From assembly GCF_009914755.1 (NCBI RefSeq), contig NC_060945.1: a stretch of DNA of 64,000 bases. One strand, 5' to 3'. Below are positions 1 to 13,250 of this stretch, piece after piece. Positions within the stretch are counted from its first letter, which is position 1. Each line of letters begins with the position of its first letter. The DNA comes from the human T2T-CHM13v2.0 reference genome, Homo sapiens. A program made the position numbers and the translations under genes. The notes under the pieces are model-generated. The model did no database searches, had not been told where the DNA came from, and saw only the letters and a list, made by a program, of their open reading frames with translations.

Positions 1-460
1 CCAAAGGGCCTGGGTGCCTTGTCGCGGGTGGAATCCCACCCGGGGGTCCACGCAGCCAGCGCCTGCCTCCGACTCGACTCCACACCTGCTTGCTACAGCG
101 GGTGAGGAAGCAGGAAAGGGGGAGGGAGGGATGTCGTCTGGATTCCTGTAATAATTTGTTTCATTGTTTCCAATCGACTTAGTCACCAGGTTAAATAGTA
201 GCATAGACCTTTCAAAAAAGTAGCTAGCTTATAAGTAGATGTATTGAAAACACCTGCTTGTTGAGTCGTAGACAATTCCTCATTTACTGTGTGAACTCTA
301 GGGGGTGAAACACGGGCGGAGAGCGGCTGTGAGCTCACGCGGCTCCATCCCCACAGCGGCCCAGGGTCACTCGGGGCCATTAATCAGGCCGCAGAGCTGC
401 CCTCTGAGCCGGGCCGCCAGCGCCCACAGGGCCCAGACCAGGGCTCCCTGGGCGGGATGT
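1..460. promoter_or_regulatory. CpG-enriched tail, probably the downstream shore of the promoter-1 CpG island
   Basis: Elevated CpG at 20-100 and 310-460. The link to promoter 1 is inferred from known gene layout. Confidence 0.4.
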
Positions 461-3400
461 TTTAAATCGCACAGGGACAAAGGAAAGGAAAGACGCTGGG
501 GCCCAAGCCCGAGCTTATGAAACGTTATCAAGGAGGAGATGTAAAAGGTGATGGTTTTTTTGCCTTTGAATAGAAAAAACAAAAACTGTTAACGCGAGCT
601 TTGGTGAGATGCAATCTTGAGATCTAAGAGTGGGGTGTAAAGTCAGTGCAGGCCTCAGCAGGGAAAGTTACGGTTGGCCAAATGGGCTGTGCGTTCCTCT
701 TCTGTCCCGGGCCTGCCCCAGCCTCAAGCACTCTGGGGCAGGAAGGCCCCTTGGAGGTGTCTAATGGAATGTGGAAGGCGGGTGGCCAGGAGGCTGAAGC
801 GGAAGCAGGCCCAGAGAGGGGTCTGCATGCTGCCCACACACCCCTCCCCCAGCCCGGAGAGAACTCAGGCTCCAGGCCACCCGCAGCCCGGGTTCCAGTC
901 CTTGCAGGACCAAGTCCCCCTGAAATGGGAAAACAGTCGCCCCCTTTAGGGGTTATTGGAGAAGAGCTAATGTGTCTGAAATGCTGACTCTGGCGAGGGT
1001 TTCAGTTGTTCTCAAAACTTAAAAAGCACCCTTGAGAGTTGAAGGCCTGAGGCCCAGTTTGCTGATTTGCACATTTTTTTCTGGCCAAGAATGATGCATC
1101 TTTCCATGTCTCTGTGCTACACTTGATCCCTAGAAAAGTCTTTTGCTTTTTTGTGTCAGGATTGGTCACTGTGATGCTGAGGTTCTTGAATGGTGTTTGT
1201 GCCTTTCCCTGTAATCAGGAACCTGGGCTCAGTGGTCACTTGGCCGCTTGGTTGCCACCCAGCTGTGTGAGGTGCCGCAGTCTTACCTGCAATCTCTCCT
1301 CTGGTGGATTTGTGTGTGCGAAACAGCCGTGACCCCCAAGAGGTGCTTGTAGTCAGTGCTTCAGAGTCAGAGTGGAGCTGAGGAAGAGGACTGTGTCACC
1401 GGGGCAGTTGCTGATGCCCATGGCCACGCCAGGAGCCTGGTCTCATGAGTCTCCTTGTCTCTGAGCCTCTCCTACACTCCACCATGGCATCAAGCTCTAC
1501 CCCTGCCTCCCTGCAGCCCCCAGAAGATGCATGTCCTGCCCCTGCTCACCACTAGGACCTCCTCCTGTCTGGTGGTCAGCACAGAGCCCAGTGATGTGGG
1601 TACAAGGCAGGGTCCCTGCGCCTCACTTCCCACTCCCTCTGAAGCCCTGCAGGGATTGGGCTTCAGTGACCTGGGTTCCGTGGGTGTGGCTCACCCCAGG
1701 GCACACGGCGCCTAGGTAACGAGAGACCCTCCCGCGTAGAAGGTGGTCTTGTTTCTGGGCTCACCCACTGGGGAGTCTTCAGGATTCAGATGCAAGGACT
1801 TTGGAAGATAGTTTTGAATTTCAGCAAAACTTGTTTTTCAGGGCACTCCTGTTTTCCTGTAAATGAAAGCAGAGCAGGGGAAGTCCTCTGTAGGAAAACC
1901 TAGAAGGAGTGAACTGCCCTGCTCCAGAGTGCAGGCGCCAGACACTGGGGGCCAGTCCGGGAGAGCCCCACTTCACCTGCTGCTGCTCCATTTAAAAGTG
2001 CAAGGCACATGCATACACGGGCATGCACAATTGTGCACACAGGTGCACATTCCCAGTCACGCGAAGTGCAGGGGCACAACTGTGTACATGCACACACACA
2101 CAAAAGTGCACATGTGTGTGCACACACATGCCCCCCGCAGGCGTGTGATTCTCACAGTCATGCTGCATCCACACAAAGTCTTCCTCCCTCAGAGTGCCTT
2201 GTTCTGTCTTCACCTGGATTGTTGAAAAGGCTGGGGGCTGGGTTCTTTGGGCCCCGGGAGTGCCAGGGGATCCTGTGGTATGATCAACAGCACCACCGCC
2301 CTGGGAGCAGCTCCTGATTGCTGGGAACAGACAGTAGGGGCTGGGCTGGGGTAGAAGCTGCAGCCTGCAGGCAGCCCAGAGAGAGGGGCCCCCACAACAC
2401 CCTCCCCAGCCCCCGCTGATTGTGTGGGGGCAGGGAGTATGCAGGCAGCTCGGAGAGAGGGGCCCCCACAACACCCTCCCACCCCCGCTCACTGTGTTGG
2501 GGGAGGGGTGCCTGCTTCTGCTCAGGAAGGAGACCCGGCTGGGTCTGGCTGTGGAGCGTATGTTGGAGACCTGAGGCCACCCTGGAACTCTCCAGGTGAA
2601 GCCTAGGGATCCAAAGAACCTCACAGCTGTGGGGGATGGAGTGGGGCAACACCTGAAACCTCCAGCAAGTCTCTTCCTCTCTCAGCCCCAGGCCTGCAGA
2701 GGAGGGTGTGCCAGCCAACTGGGCCTTTGTGCCGGCACTGGCTCCCCACCAGTGCTCAGGGGTCAGGTGCAGAGGCTGGCAGGGACAAAGCTGGCTGTGG
2801 CTGAGCACAGCCCCCAGGCTGGGGCTGTGTCTGGAGGGGCTGGCCATGGCCCTCACCCCACCCCCGGCATGGGGCACTGGACCATGCAGAGAAGGGACCA
2901 CCCCAGTGCCTGCCAGGGCCAGTCAGAGCTGCCACCCTCCAGGCTGTCTGTTAGCAGGTGCCTGTCAGAGAACAAGACGACAGGCCTGGCCAGGCCCAAC
3001 CCCACAGCGAGATTTCAGCGGCTGGCCAGTGGCAGACGGCGCAGGGTCTGAGACAGATATTCCCTCGTATGGTGCTGTGCAGGGCAGGGGCAGAATCCTG
3101 GGAAACTAAAATGCATGTTGGGCGCCCTTATACGATGATGATATTTGGTACATTTTGAAATACTGTGGCCCATGAAGATCCTGAAAGCAGTTTGGGGCAC
3201 TGTGGGGTGTTCTGTGGCCTCTGGGCTTGGGTGCTCCTCTTATCCAAGGCCTCCCAGGCCTGGGAGTTTGGGGTCTAAGGCCCTTTTCAAGGCCCAGGCA
3301 CCTGCCCAGAATGACTGGGCAGCTGAGACCCGCCTGCTGGGAGCCTTGCCAGGGCCAGCACTGGGCGGTCACAGGCCAGAGCCCTGCACCAGGCGGTCAT

Positions 3401-5639
3401 AGGCCAGGACCTGTCCAAGGCAGCGGAGTGCCAGGCAAGTGAAGCCCTGCCATCTGGTGCCTGAGCGCAGACCCTGCTCCACGGCCAGTGGCTGTCACCA
3501 GCCTTGCTGCCTCAGTTTCCCCTCCTTAACCCCGGGGCGGGAGTGGCTGCTTCCTCTAGGGGTTCTGTGAGCGGCCGCTGGCAATTGTGTAAAAGCCACA
3601 TACCACACACTGGATCTTTGTGCCAGATCCCGTGTCACGTGAGGAGACAGCCAGCCCAGGCAGGGAGCTGATCTGTGTTGTCCCCTGGCGCTGCCCGGGG
3701 CCACAGAGAGTGAGGGAGCGGTGCTTACCGGCCCTGGCGGTAACGTTTTAGATGGCGAGTTTAGGCCTCTGCAGAAGGGCTGTCAGGAGGAGCTTTTGAT
3801 CACGGATGCGCTGAGTCAGATGAAATGTGGAGGCTGCAGGGGAAGTGTCTGTGCCCCGTGCCTGCAGGAGCACGCCTTCCCCCCGCAGCTCCTCCGGCGC
3901 GGGCAGGCCCCGGCACGGCCTTTCTGGCTTCTTCCACAGGAGCCGTGGAAAGGGGAATTATTCTCAAGCCCCTGCATCTTTCTGGCACTTTCTGGCATTT
4001 CATGGTGGCAGATGGGGTCACCTCGCCACCTCGGGGCTGATCCCCTGTGGGGCCCCTCGTTCCCACAGGAGCCTTGTGATGGGCAGGGCAGGCACCAGCA
4101 CCAGGCTGGGTGGCGGTTTGGCTCTCACCACGCCGGCTTCCAGAAGGCCAGCAGGCTTGCGAGTGGGCACACGCTGGTGCTGGGGCCGGGCACTGGTGGG
4201 GGGTCAAGGGCTGACCCCTGCGGGGACCCCTGCAGACAGACACTGGGCCAGAGCCACAGGCAGGAAGGCCAATGGGAACGGCAGGAGGAGGGAGCGTGAT
4301 TGGTTACGGTGGCGGAGCTCGCACCCACCCCCGCAGCCGTTTGTTCGTTTGCTCATTTATTTTTGGTCTGAAGTCCATGCTTTTGTATTTCCCCACCGTT
4401 CCGTTGAGCAGCTTCAACATTTGCCGCAGTTAGGCCTCTCTGGAATCTGTGCTTAGAGATTGTGAGACAGGGTCAAGTTTCAGCAGCTCGGACTCCTCTG
4501 TCTGCAGAGAACCTGCCAGCACAGCTGCTCCTGGGGGCAGGAGAGGCACTGTCTGTTTTGGGGTGACGTGAGCTGATGGGAAAGCCAGGCTGGACATAGC
4601 TCCTGGGCCGGCAGCCCATCTTGGTGGCGGCTTCACGCCGTCTGGCATCTCCGGTCCTGGAGCATGAGGGCTCAGGAAGAGCCTCTGATTCGGCTGCTCT
4701 GGAGGCCTCGTCTGGACACACCTGGGCAGGCCCGAGTCCACACACCCTATGGCCTCAGGAACCGAGAGAGACCTTCCTTCCATGTTTCAACTTAGACAAC
4801 AGGAGACTTTGTTTTGGGAGGAATCACTCAATTCAGGTGGACGCTGCAGCTGGGCGGGACATCTGGCCTCTCCCTGTGGCAGGGAGGGGCATGGGAGAGA
4901 CAGGGGTAGTGTCCCAGGAACTCCGTGGGCCTGTGGCGAAGTCCCAGCCCTGCAGCTGCCAGTGCAGGGTGTTATCCAGGGGCAGGACATCGTCTGCAGT
5001 GGCTCTGCCTTCCCCGATGCCAGGTGACCCCATGGAGCCAGTGTCTGTGACCTCTTCCATGCTGGGGCTAAAGAGGCCAGCAGGATTGGGGGCTGGCATT
5101 AGTGGAGAACCTCAGAGCCCAGGGCTGTGGGCTGATGGGTGGCGAGGCCCCCGCCAGCTGCTTGGGGATAGCCCAGCCACTGTTCTTGGTCCACCCGGCC
5201 TTTGATTCCTTTTTCCTGTGTGCATTTTTGAGCACCTTCTGTGTGCGAGAGGCCGTGCCTGCCCGAGAAGAGAAGGAAACACCACAATGAGCCTCGGACA
5301 CCCACAGTCTGAAGGGCCCGGAGTAAGCCTCAGACGCCCACAGTCTGGAGGGCCCGGCGCTGTGAACGAGCAGTCACAGGGAACAGCGTGCCCTTATCGC
5401 TGACACAGGCTCTGGAGGGCCCGGCGCTGTGAGTGAGCAGTCATAGGGAACAGTGCACCCTTATCGCTGACACAGGCGAGGGCTTCGTCTTCTCACAGCT
5501 CTTATCTTGGGTGTCACCCCAGCCAGAGTCAGGGCTGATGGCGGGGGGTGGGGGGGGGCAGGCTGTGGTCAGGGACCTGCAGGAGAGGGGAGGGCCTCGC
5601 TTCTGATGGGCGACGTTCATTTACACACAGCTCTGCGGC

Positions 5640-6378
<739 letters not shown>

Positions 6379-8548
6379 TAGAGATGGCACCCTGGAGTGG
6401 CCAGCAGAGCTCAGGGGCCTGCGGCCCAGGCACACAGACAATGGAGCTGGCCCTGCCACTTTGCTCATCTGTGGTGCAGGTCTGCTGAGGGGCCGTGAGG
6501 GTCCTGCAAGTGAAGGTGCTTGAGGCCTCAGTGCCTGTGGGGAGGCCACGTGGCACCTGTCAGCTGTTAGCGTCTTGACTCTGCCTTTGTGGATATGGAA
6601 TTAGAGATGCTTCTCACAGTAGTGGCTAAACTGTCAGGAAGCCTGGCCGTCATCTATGGTCCTCTTTGCCCTCATGGGTGGGATGCCGCCTAGTGTGATG
6701 GCTGAGAGCTCAGGCTGTGACCCTGAGTGTGTGTGGCCACGGGCAGGCTGCTCACCCTCTCCGTGTCTTGGTCTCTAATCTGTGCCTGGGGATGGTGGAG
6801 CGTCATGGGGCCATACAGGAAGGATGGGACATCACACATCGGCTTCCTGGGGTGTGTCCTGCTGACAGCCCTCTGAGGCCAGCCGGTCCTGAGGCTCTAG
6901 GGGGGACGCCACAGTGGAGAGAGGGCTCCATCCCCACCCTTAGGGCAGAGCCCCGTAGGAGGGACTGGTTTGCAACGTGAGTAAAATGGGTCCCCGTGAG
7001 CAGACACAGCTTTTGTGCTGCTTCTTACTGAGCCCCGCGCTGTGCCTGCTGAACTGAAAGATGTGTATTAGAGAGGGCAGCCATTCCCACCTCCTCCAGC
7101 CGCGCTACGTGTCCGCAGGCCAGGGCGCCTGCACCATGACAGGCTTCAACGCCCCTGTCGCGGGGACCCAGGGAACACCTGTCTCCTCCACTTGCTGGAT
7201 TTGTGACTGGGCGGCAAACATTTTCTAAAGTCTCCCGCTACGACCCCTCGGCTGTCAGGAGACTTCTGAGAAAGCCGGGCCTCTTTTGCCCCAGCGAGGA
7301 GCTTTCTTGTGAAGAGGCAGTTCCCGGAGGGAGGCGTCTGTGCTTTGTAAAGTTTAGCCTCATGTGCTGCCTCTGAGGAGGAGTTCAGAGAACATCCGCT
7401 TCCTTTCTGTTATCATCTCAGCCTTCCAGCCAGAAAGAAGGAAGCGTCCATGGATCCCGTCCACGCTAACCTTGGGGTCCCTCTGCCAGCCCTGCACATC
7501 CTTGTCCCTGGGCACTGAGGGAAGCAAAGGCCCCGCCAGCCATGCCCAGCACTTGTGCCTTTGCAGAGGCTAGAGGCAGGGTAGAGGATGGAGAGGGTTT
7601 AAAAGGCAGGTTCCCAGGAAATTCCCTAGGTGTGGGATTGGAGGGGTGCTGAGGGAGGTGGCGGACCCTCAGGGGCAGGAGCCTTATGGAGTGAGCTGGT
7701 CCATGGAGCTGGGAGGCGTCTTCTAGTATAAATTCTCATTTCAGCTAAACAGCTTGCCCTCTCCAAGCCCGTGTGCACCTGAACCATCTCTGCTCTCTGA
7801 GCCTTGGTCCCTTGGAGGAGCAGGAGGAGGTGGAGGAGGAGGATCGGGAGGAGGAGGGGGAGGCCCTTTCTGTATTGGATGCACCGCCTGGCCCCAGGCC
7901 CTCCTGCCCAGCCTTGTGGCTCTGGCCGTCAATCAGCTCCCTTCTCCTGGCTTTGCTGCTGCCCTGCCTCTTGCTAGGAGGCCATGGTGTGCCTGTGCCT
8001 GGCAGGCAGTGTTGCTGCTGACCTCTCATCTGTTTTGGGTCCCCAAATCTCAGCCCTGTCTCCCTTTCGGGGGCACATCTTGATGCGGGGTCTCTGATCC
8101 CCTCGGGGCAGCAGGACATCCCTGTTTTCCAGCTGAAATGAGACTTCACCCCCAAAGGAATGGGCTCCAGTGCGACCTACTCAGGTTGTTAGTCACACGT
8201 TTCTATTGTGAAAATGACTGAGAATGTTGTGGGAGGTTTGGAAACCAGGAAGACCACCTGTCCCAATTCAGCCTTTCCTGTCATCACAGGGGACGTCTGG
8301 CATTTTAACAGACCTGGGCGGCCTCCTGCAGACAAGGCTCGGACCCTGCGGCCGACTCTGCCCCAGGCCTGGCCCCTGCTGATGGCCATGCTCCGGGCAT
8401 GTGGCCTGAGGGCCTCACGGACAGCCAGCCTCCCAGACCAGAAAACAGCCCTGCCCGCCAGTGAGAGGGCAGACAGATGGACACTAATGTCCCCGAACCT
8501 AAGAAACAAAACCCAAAACCCTCATTTATGCTTCCACTTCCGATCACA

Positions 8549-8905
8549 CGCATAGAAGGCCGAATACTGACCCCGAGCTGACCACCCCGGCCTGTGGGAC
8601 CCGTGAGTATGGCCTGTGTGTGGGATGAGGCTCAGGATCAGGTGCAGATGACCCTGGATTATCAGGTGGGCCCCGCGTCATTACGAGGGTCCTTATAGAG
8701 AAGGGGCAGGACAGGGAGAGGAGGGGATGATGGAGATGGAGCCGCTGGGGAGGGCATGAGAAGACCAGGAAGTGGGTTCCCCCTGGAGCCTCCAGAGGAC
8801 CCCTGCGGGCACCGTGACTTCTGACTTCCAGTCTCCTGAGCTCTGAGGGATGCCTGTGTTGCTTTAAGACACTGACTGACTTGTCCCAGCAGCCAGAGGT
8901 GACAG
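8549..8905 (+). mobile_element. MLT1-type (MaLR) solo LTR remnant
   Basis: Motifs CCTGGATTATCAGGTGGGCCC, AGGGTCCTTATA, CCCCTGGAGCCTCCAGA, CTGACTTCCAGTCTCCTGA, GTGTTGCTTTAAG. Confidence 0.75.
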
Positions 8906-10283
8906 TGCGGCGTGGTGTTGGTTCACCGAAGGGGTGGCATTAGTGACCATGGGAATAAGGGCCTCTCACCTGCGAAGGGCCACTCCGTGGGGCAGGAAGT
9001 CTTGGATGTGTGCCGGCTTCAGCAGGACCCTCAAGGCTGCTGGGGGTCAGAATATGAGCACTTCCTGCACACCCAGGGCCACCCCAGGCTGCAGGCTTTG
9101 TGGAGACTTAAAGATGAGTCCTCGGCCTTCGGAATCTCCTGACTCAATGGAACCTCTGGTCTTCAGGTCCCCAGGATGACCTCCCAACAGGCCCAGGGCA
9201 GCAGCCAGGAGCTGGACACCCGGGGCTCAGAGCTCAGGACCGGCTGCCACGGGTGGGGCAGGAGGAGGGGCAGGACCATGCGCAGGGGCGGCGGAGCGGG
9301 GCTGTGAATGGAGCCCCCCTTCCGGAAGATGGATGCAGGTGGGAACCAGCGTGGTGTGGAGTTGAGAGCGGGGGTGCGGCAGGCGGCCGGGGCAGGCCCC
9401 GGACGGGAAAGTGCAGGCGGTGCCATTGATCAGACCCTGGCTGGGGGCCTGGGGTTCACGCCTTGCCTGGCCTTCAGAGAGGTGCGAGCTCTACTTTTGG
9501 AGAATGAGGCAAAGGCGCAGAAGCACTCCCGGAAAGTGCCATCCAGCCCAGTGCCTGGCGCTGCAGCCGGGTGGAGCCCCAGGTGGTGCTCACGCAGCCA
9601 GGCGGGCATGGTGTGTTGGGGGTTTTCATAAAGAAAAGCTGACCAGGCACGTGCCAAGCAGGCCCTCAGCCCTGAGGGTACTTGCCGGGGGCCGGGAGAG
9701 TGTGGGCCCCCGCTTATCCAGAACACTGCGTGGGCCCTCGGCTATCTGGAATGCCTTGCCGGGCCTTTCAATTATCCAGAACACACAGCCAGACCCCTTC
9801 TGTTATCCGGACTGCCCAGCAACACCGGGCAGGTATGCCTCTGTGACCCTGACCCAGCTGAGTTGGGAACGTGGCCACACCGGCCCTTCCTGTGGGGCCC
9901 GTGAAACCTGTGAATCACGCCTCTCATTGGCATCTGGATCGTGGCTCCCTAGACCCGGCTTTTTAAACCTATTCTTGGGGAATGGGGACCTTCTCTGAGG
10001 TCCATCTTGGTCAGGAGCAGTAGGGCCGGCCAGCCTGGATCTCTGTCCTGCAGCCCACTTTCTGGCCAGGAGACTGGGGCAGCACACATAGTCTTGCCAT
10101 GCCCAGTGTCCTTTGTGAACTGGGGCCGGTGTGGGGGTGGCCGGGGCACAGTCTCCCCACGCCTGGTGTCCTTTGTGAACTGGGGGTGGTGTGGGGACCG
10201 CGAGGCTCCGCACTGGTGTGGGGGTGGCCGGGGCAGGGCGGTGTTTGCTTGGATTCAGAAATCCAGGCCCCTAGGTGTTGAAC

Positions 10284-10427
10284 CTGAGGACAGTGTGCTC
10301 TCCTGGGCCTCGGTCCGTCCTCTGTGACCTGGTCACCCAGCATCTCTTAGATTTCCTCTGAGGACAGTGTGCTCTCCTGGACCGCGGTCCGTCCTCTGTG
10401 ACCTGGTCACCCGGCATCTCTTAGATT
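10284..10427. repeat. Tandem duplication, 74-bp period x2
   Basis: CTGAGGACAGTGTGCTCTCCTGG...CATCTCTTAGATT at 10284 and 10358. Confidence 0.9.
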
Positions 10428-12431
10428 CCAGCTTAGGCTCAGCAGGTGCTAAATATTATTCAGATTGGAGCTGCATGCTGACTAGCACACAGTTTCTAGT
10501 TGAACTCCAGAGGTGCAGCCTCGACTCTCCCACTTGATTGGAAGCAGCACAGCTCACTTTGCCTGGGTCTTTTATCCCCAGCCCCAGCGCCCGCCCCTGA
10601 CAACTCTTCCCTTCCCTCGTTCTGCATATGCTCGTTCTGCATATCCTCGTTCTGCATTTCCTCGTCTGAATTGCAAGCTGGTCTTGCTCTCGAGAGAGTG
10701 ACAGTGCTTTCAGTGTCAGGTATGTTTTCTTGTTCCGTGAGTTTTCAGATATTTGGAAGCAGCTAATTTGATCTTTACCCTTCTGTTTTCAGCAGAAATA
10801 ATTCTAGTTCCCTAAGTTATTTTTGTTAAAGGGCTTTTCTGACTGTCGGTGTTCTTGGTTGCTTTTGGTTGTGGCGGGTTGCTGTTTAGATAATGTGTGT
10901 TTTGGGAAATGATCTTCCCAAAGGTGGTGCTGGGATCCCGGAGAGCCCGCCCAGATTCCCCAGGAGCAGCTCCTACCCTCACTGCCAGACCCTGCTGGTT
11001 TTTGTATTTCACGTGGACTCACCTCCTGGCTTGTCAGGGCCTTGTGGGATTCTTAGCCTCTTAATGGATACGAATGGCACCGGCTTGCCTTACCTCCTTC
11101 TGGCGCTTGCTTCTCTGTGCTTGTGGGCTGTTCCACTGTAGTCTCTGGATTGGCCCCCGAACGTGCCTGCCTGCTGTGCAGGGATCCCTGGGTTCCCCGG
11201 GGCTTGGGGCCCTTTCACCTGCAGGTTCCCTGTCCTGCGGTCTGTGGCTTGCTCAGTGTCCTCAGGTGTCCTCTTCCGACTCGAGGGTCTCACGGGTGCC
11301 CCCGCCCTGCCTGGCCCAGCTGCCCTCTCTGTGGCATTTCTAGGACCGCGGTCTCTCTGGCATTCTGTGTGCCAACTTCTGCTCCCTCCAGCTCCCTGAT
11401 GGGCTTTTCAGCACATCCCAGGACCTGTGCACCAGGCCTGTTAATAACAACAGACTGTGGGGTGACCGCTCTCGGCCGGGGGATGTGGTTTGGCCCAAAT
11501 CCTCTGCATCCGTTGTTGTAGCCACTGTGGTCTGGGCAGAGCTGGGCCCTCCATCCTGGGTGCCACTCCCGTGAAGTGGTGAAGGAGGTGCTGCTCTGTG
11601 GAAAACGCTAAGGGTGGGGAGAATTGCACCGTAGGGAAGAGAGAAAAGGGGGTTCTGGCCTCCAACCTCCTTCCCCAGGCCCCACCCACAGCGCAGCTGG
11701 CAGCACTCTGTGTCTCCGGCCTCTTCCATCTCCCCAGACCCGTCTTTCCTGGGAGGTGGCCTTGGCATGGCCAGTCCTGCTGCCGCAGGAACCGAGAAGG
11801 GCAGGTGCCTGTTCGTTAACGTGTGCCGCCCCCGGAGCGCTGGCTGTGAGTGGGGGCGCCTGGCGTGGGGCTGGACGGCCAGGGCCTGCTGTCTAGATGT
11901 GCAGTGACAAGACCCTTCCCTTCCAGGGGAGCCGGCTCTGACTCCGAGCTCTTTGTGGGCTGCATCTGCAGATTGAGGACAGCGCTGAGCGGAGCTGGCC
12001 GGGTGCTCATCCCTGGTGGGGGCAGAGGGGTCTGCATCCCGGCCCCCGGCTGCCGAAGTGGTAGGGTGGGCGTGCCCTTCCCACGCCTGCCCGCCAGCAT
12101 CGCTGAGGGTCCCCGAGCTGGGGAGGGATGTCTCTGGCAGGGCAGCTCAGTGCTGGGCTCATTCTTCCCACGTCAAGGCAGCCGTCCCTTCTTGGTGGTT
12201 TCCCTTGCTTTGTGGCAGGAGCTGGTGGCCTGGGAACAGCTGCCGGGTGTTTAGATGAATTCCCGGGCTGGCTCTGGGGCGGCGCTTGCCCGGTCACTTG
12301 TCTGCTGCGATCACTGCAGAGGCTGCCTCCTTGCTGAGCCTCAGGGTGCTCACCGGCGGTTCCCACCTGCTCTGCACAGCCCGCCTCGTGCACCTGCTGA
12401 CCCCACCGTGTCCACAGCCCGCCCTCCTTGG

Positions 12432-12601
12432 CTCACATCTCTTCCTGGGGTCTCAGGGAAGCGGCACCTCCTCAGGGGCCTCCCAGCCACCTCACGTCAC
12501 TTCCTGGGGTCTCAGGGAAGCGGCACCTCCTCAGGGGCCTCCCAGCCACCTCACGTCACTTCCTGGGGTCTCAGGGAAGCGGCACCTCCTCAGGGGCCTC
12601 C
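12432..12601. repeat. Minisatellite, 59-bp unit x about 3
   Basis: CTCACGTCACTTCCTGGGGTCTCAGGGAAGCGGCACCTCCTCAGGGGCCTCCCAGCCAC starting at 12432, 12491 and 12550. Confidence 0.95.
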
Positions 12602-12969
12602 AAGGCTGTCTCTGCTTTAGCATCGGGTTCCCGGGTCCCTCCCACCCCGACCTCCTGTGCCTGCGGCCCTGCGAGGCGTGATGGCCAATACACACCCTCT
12701 AGAGGGGCTTGTGTCATGTGGAACCAGCCAGACCCCCCGGACGGCTTGCAGGCAGGGAGATGGAGAAGCAACCCCTCCATGGGGCAGACAGTGCCATAGT
12801 CTTCACCGCCTCAGTCTGGGGGCATCAGGGCTGCAGGTCAGCTCTTCCCTGTCTTCAGTAAAGGATGGACGCGAGGACCAGGGTCCCCAGTGTCAGTGGC
12901 GGGTCAGGGATGCCAAAGTGCTGAGCAGAAGTTGGCCAGCCCTTGCCAGAGGCTCTGGAGCTGGGCCCT

Positions 12970-13250
12970 GACACACGATGCCGTGTGTAGTGACATGCAA
13001 TTCCATGTAGTGACGTGATTCCGTGTAGTAAGGCGATGCCGTGTGTGGTGACGTGCAGTTCCGTGTAGTGACGTGATGCCGTGTGTGGTGACATGCAGTT
13101 CCGTGTAGTGACGTGATGCCGGGTAGTGACGTGATGCCGTGTAGTGACGCAATGCCGTGTAGTTACATGATGCTGTGTGTAGTGATGCGCGATGCCGTGT
13201 GTGGTGACACGATGCCGTGTGTGGTGACACTTAATGTCATGTAGTGACAC
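12970..13250. repeat. CpG-rich degenerate minisatellite (about 16-22-bp units, GCCGTGT(GT)AGTGACGTGAT)
   Basis: Direct reading of repeated units. Confidence 0.9.

Noticed and set aside
1100-3800. A second antisense lncRNA (COL18A1-AS2) recalled near the start of this intron
   Set aside because: No exon, promoter or poly(A) evidence that I could support from the sequence.
10550-12400. Possible highly decayed antisense L1 5' region
   Set aside because: T/C-rich texture is suggestive but too diverged to call by eye.
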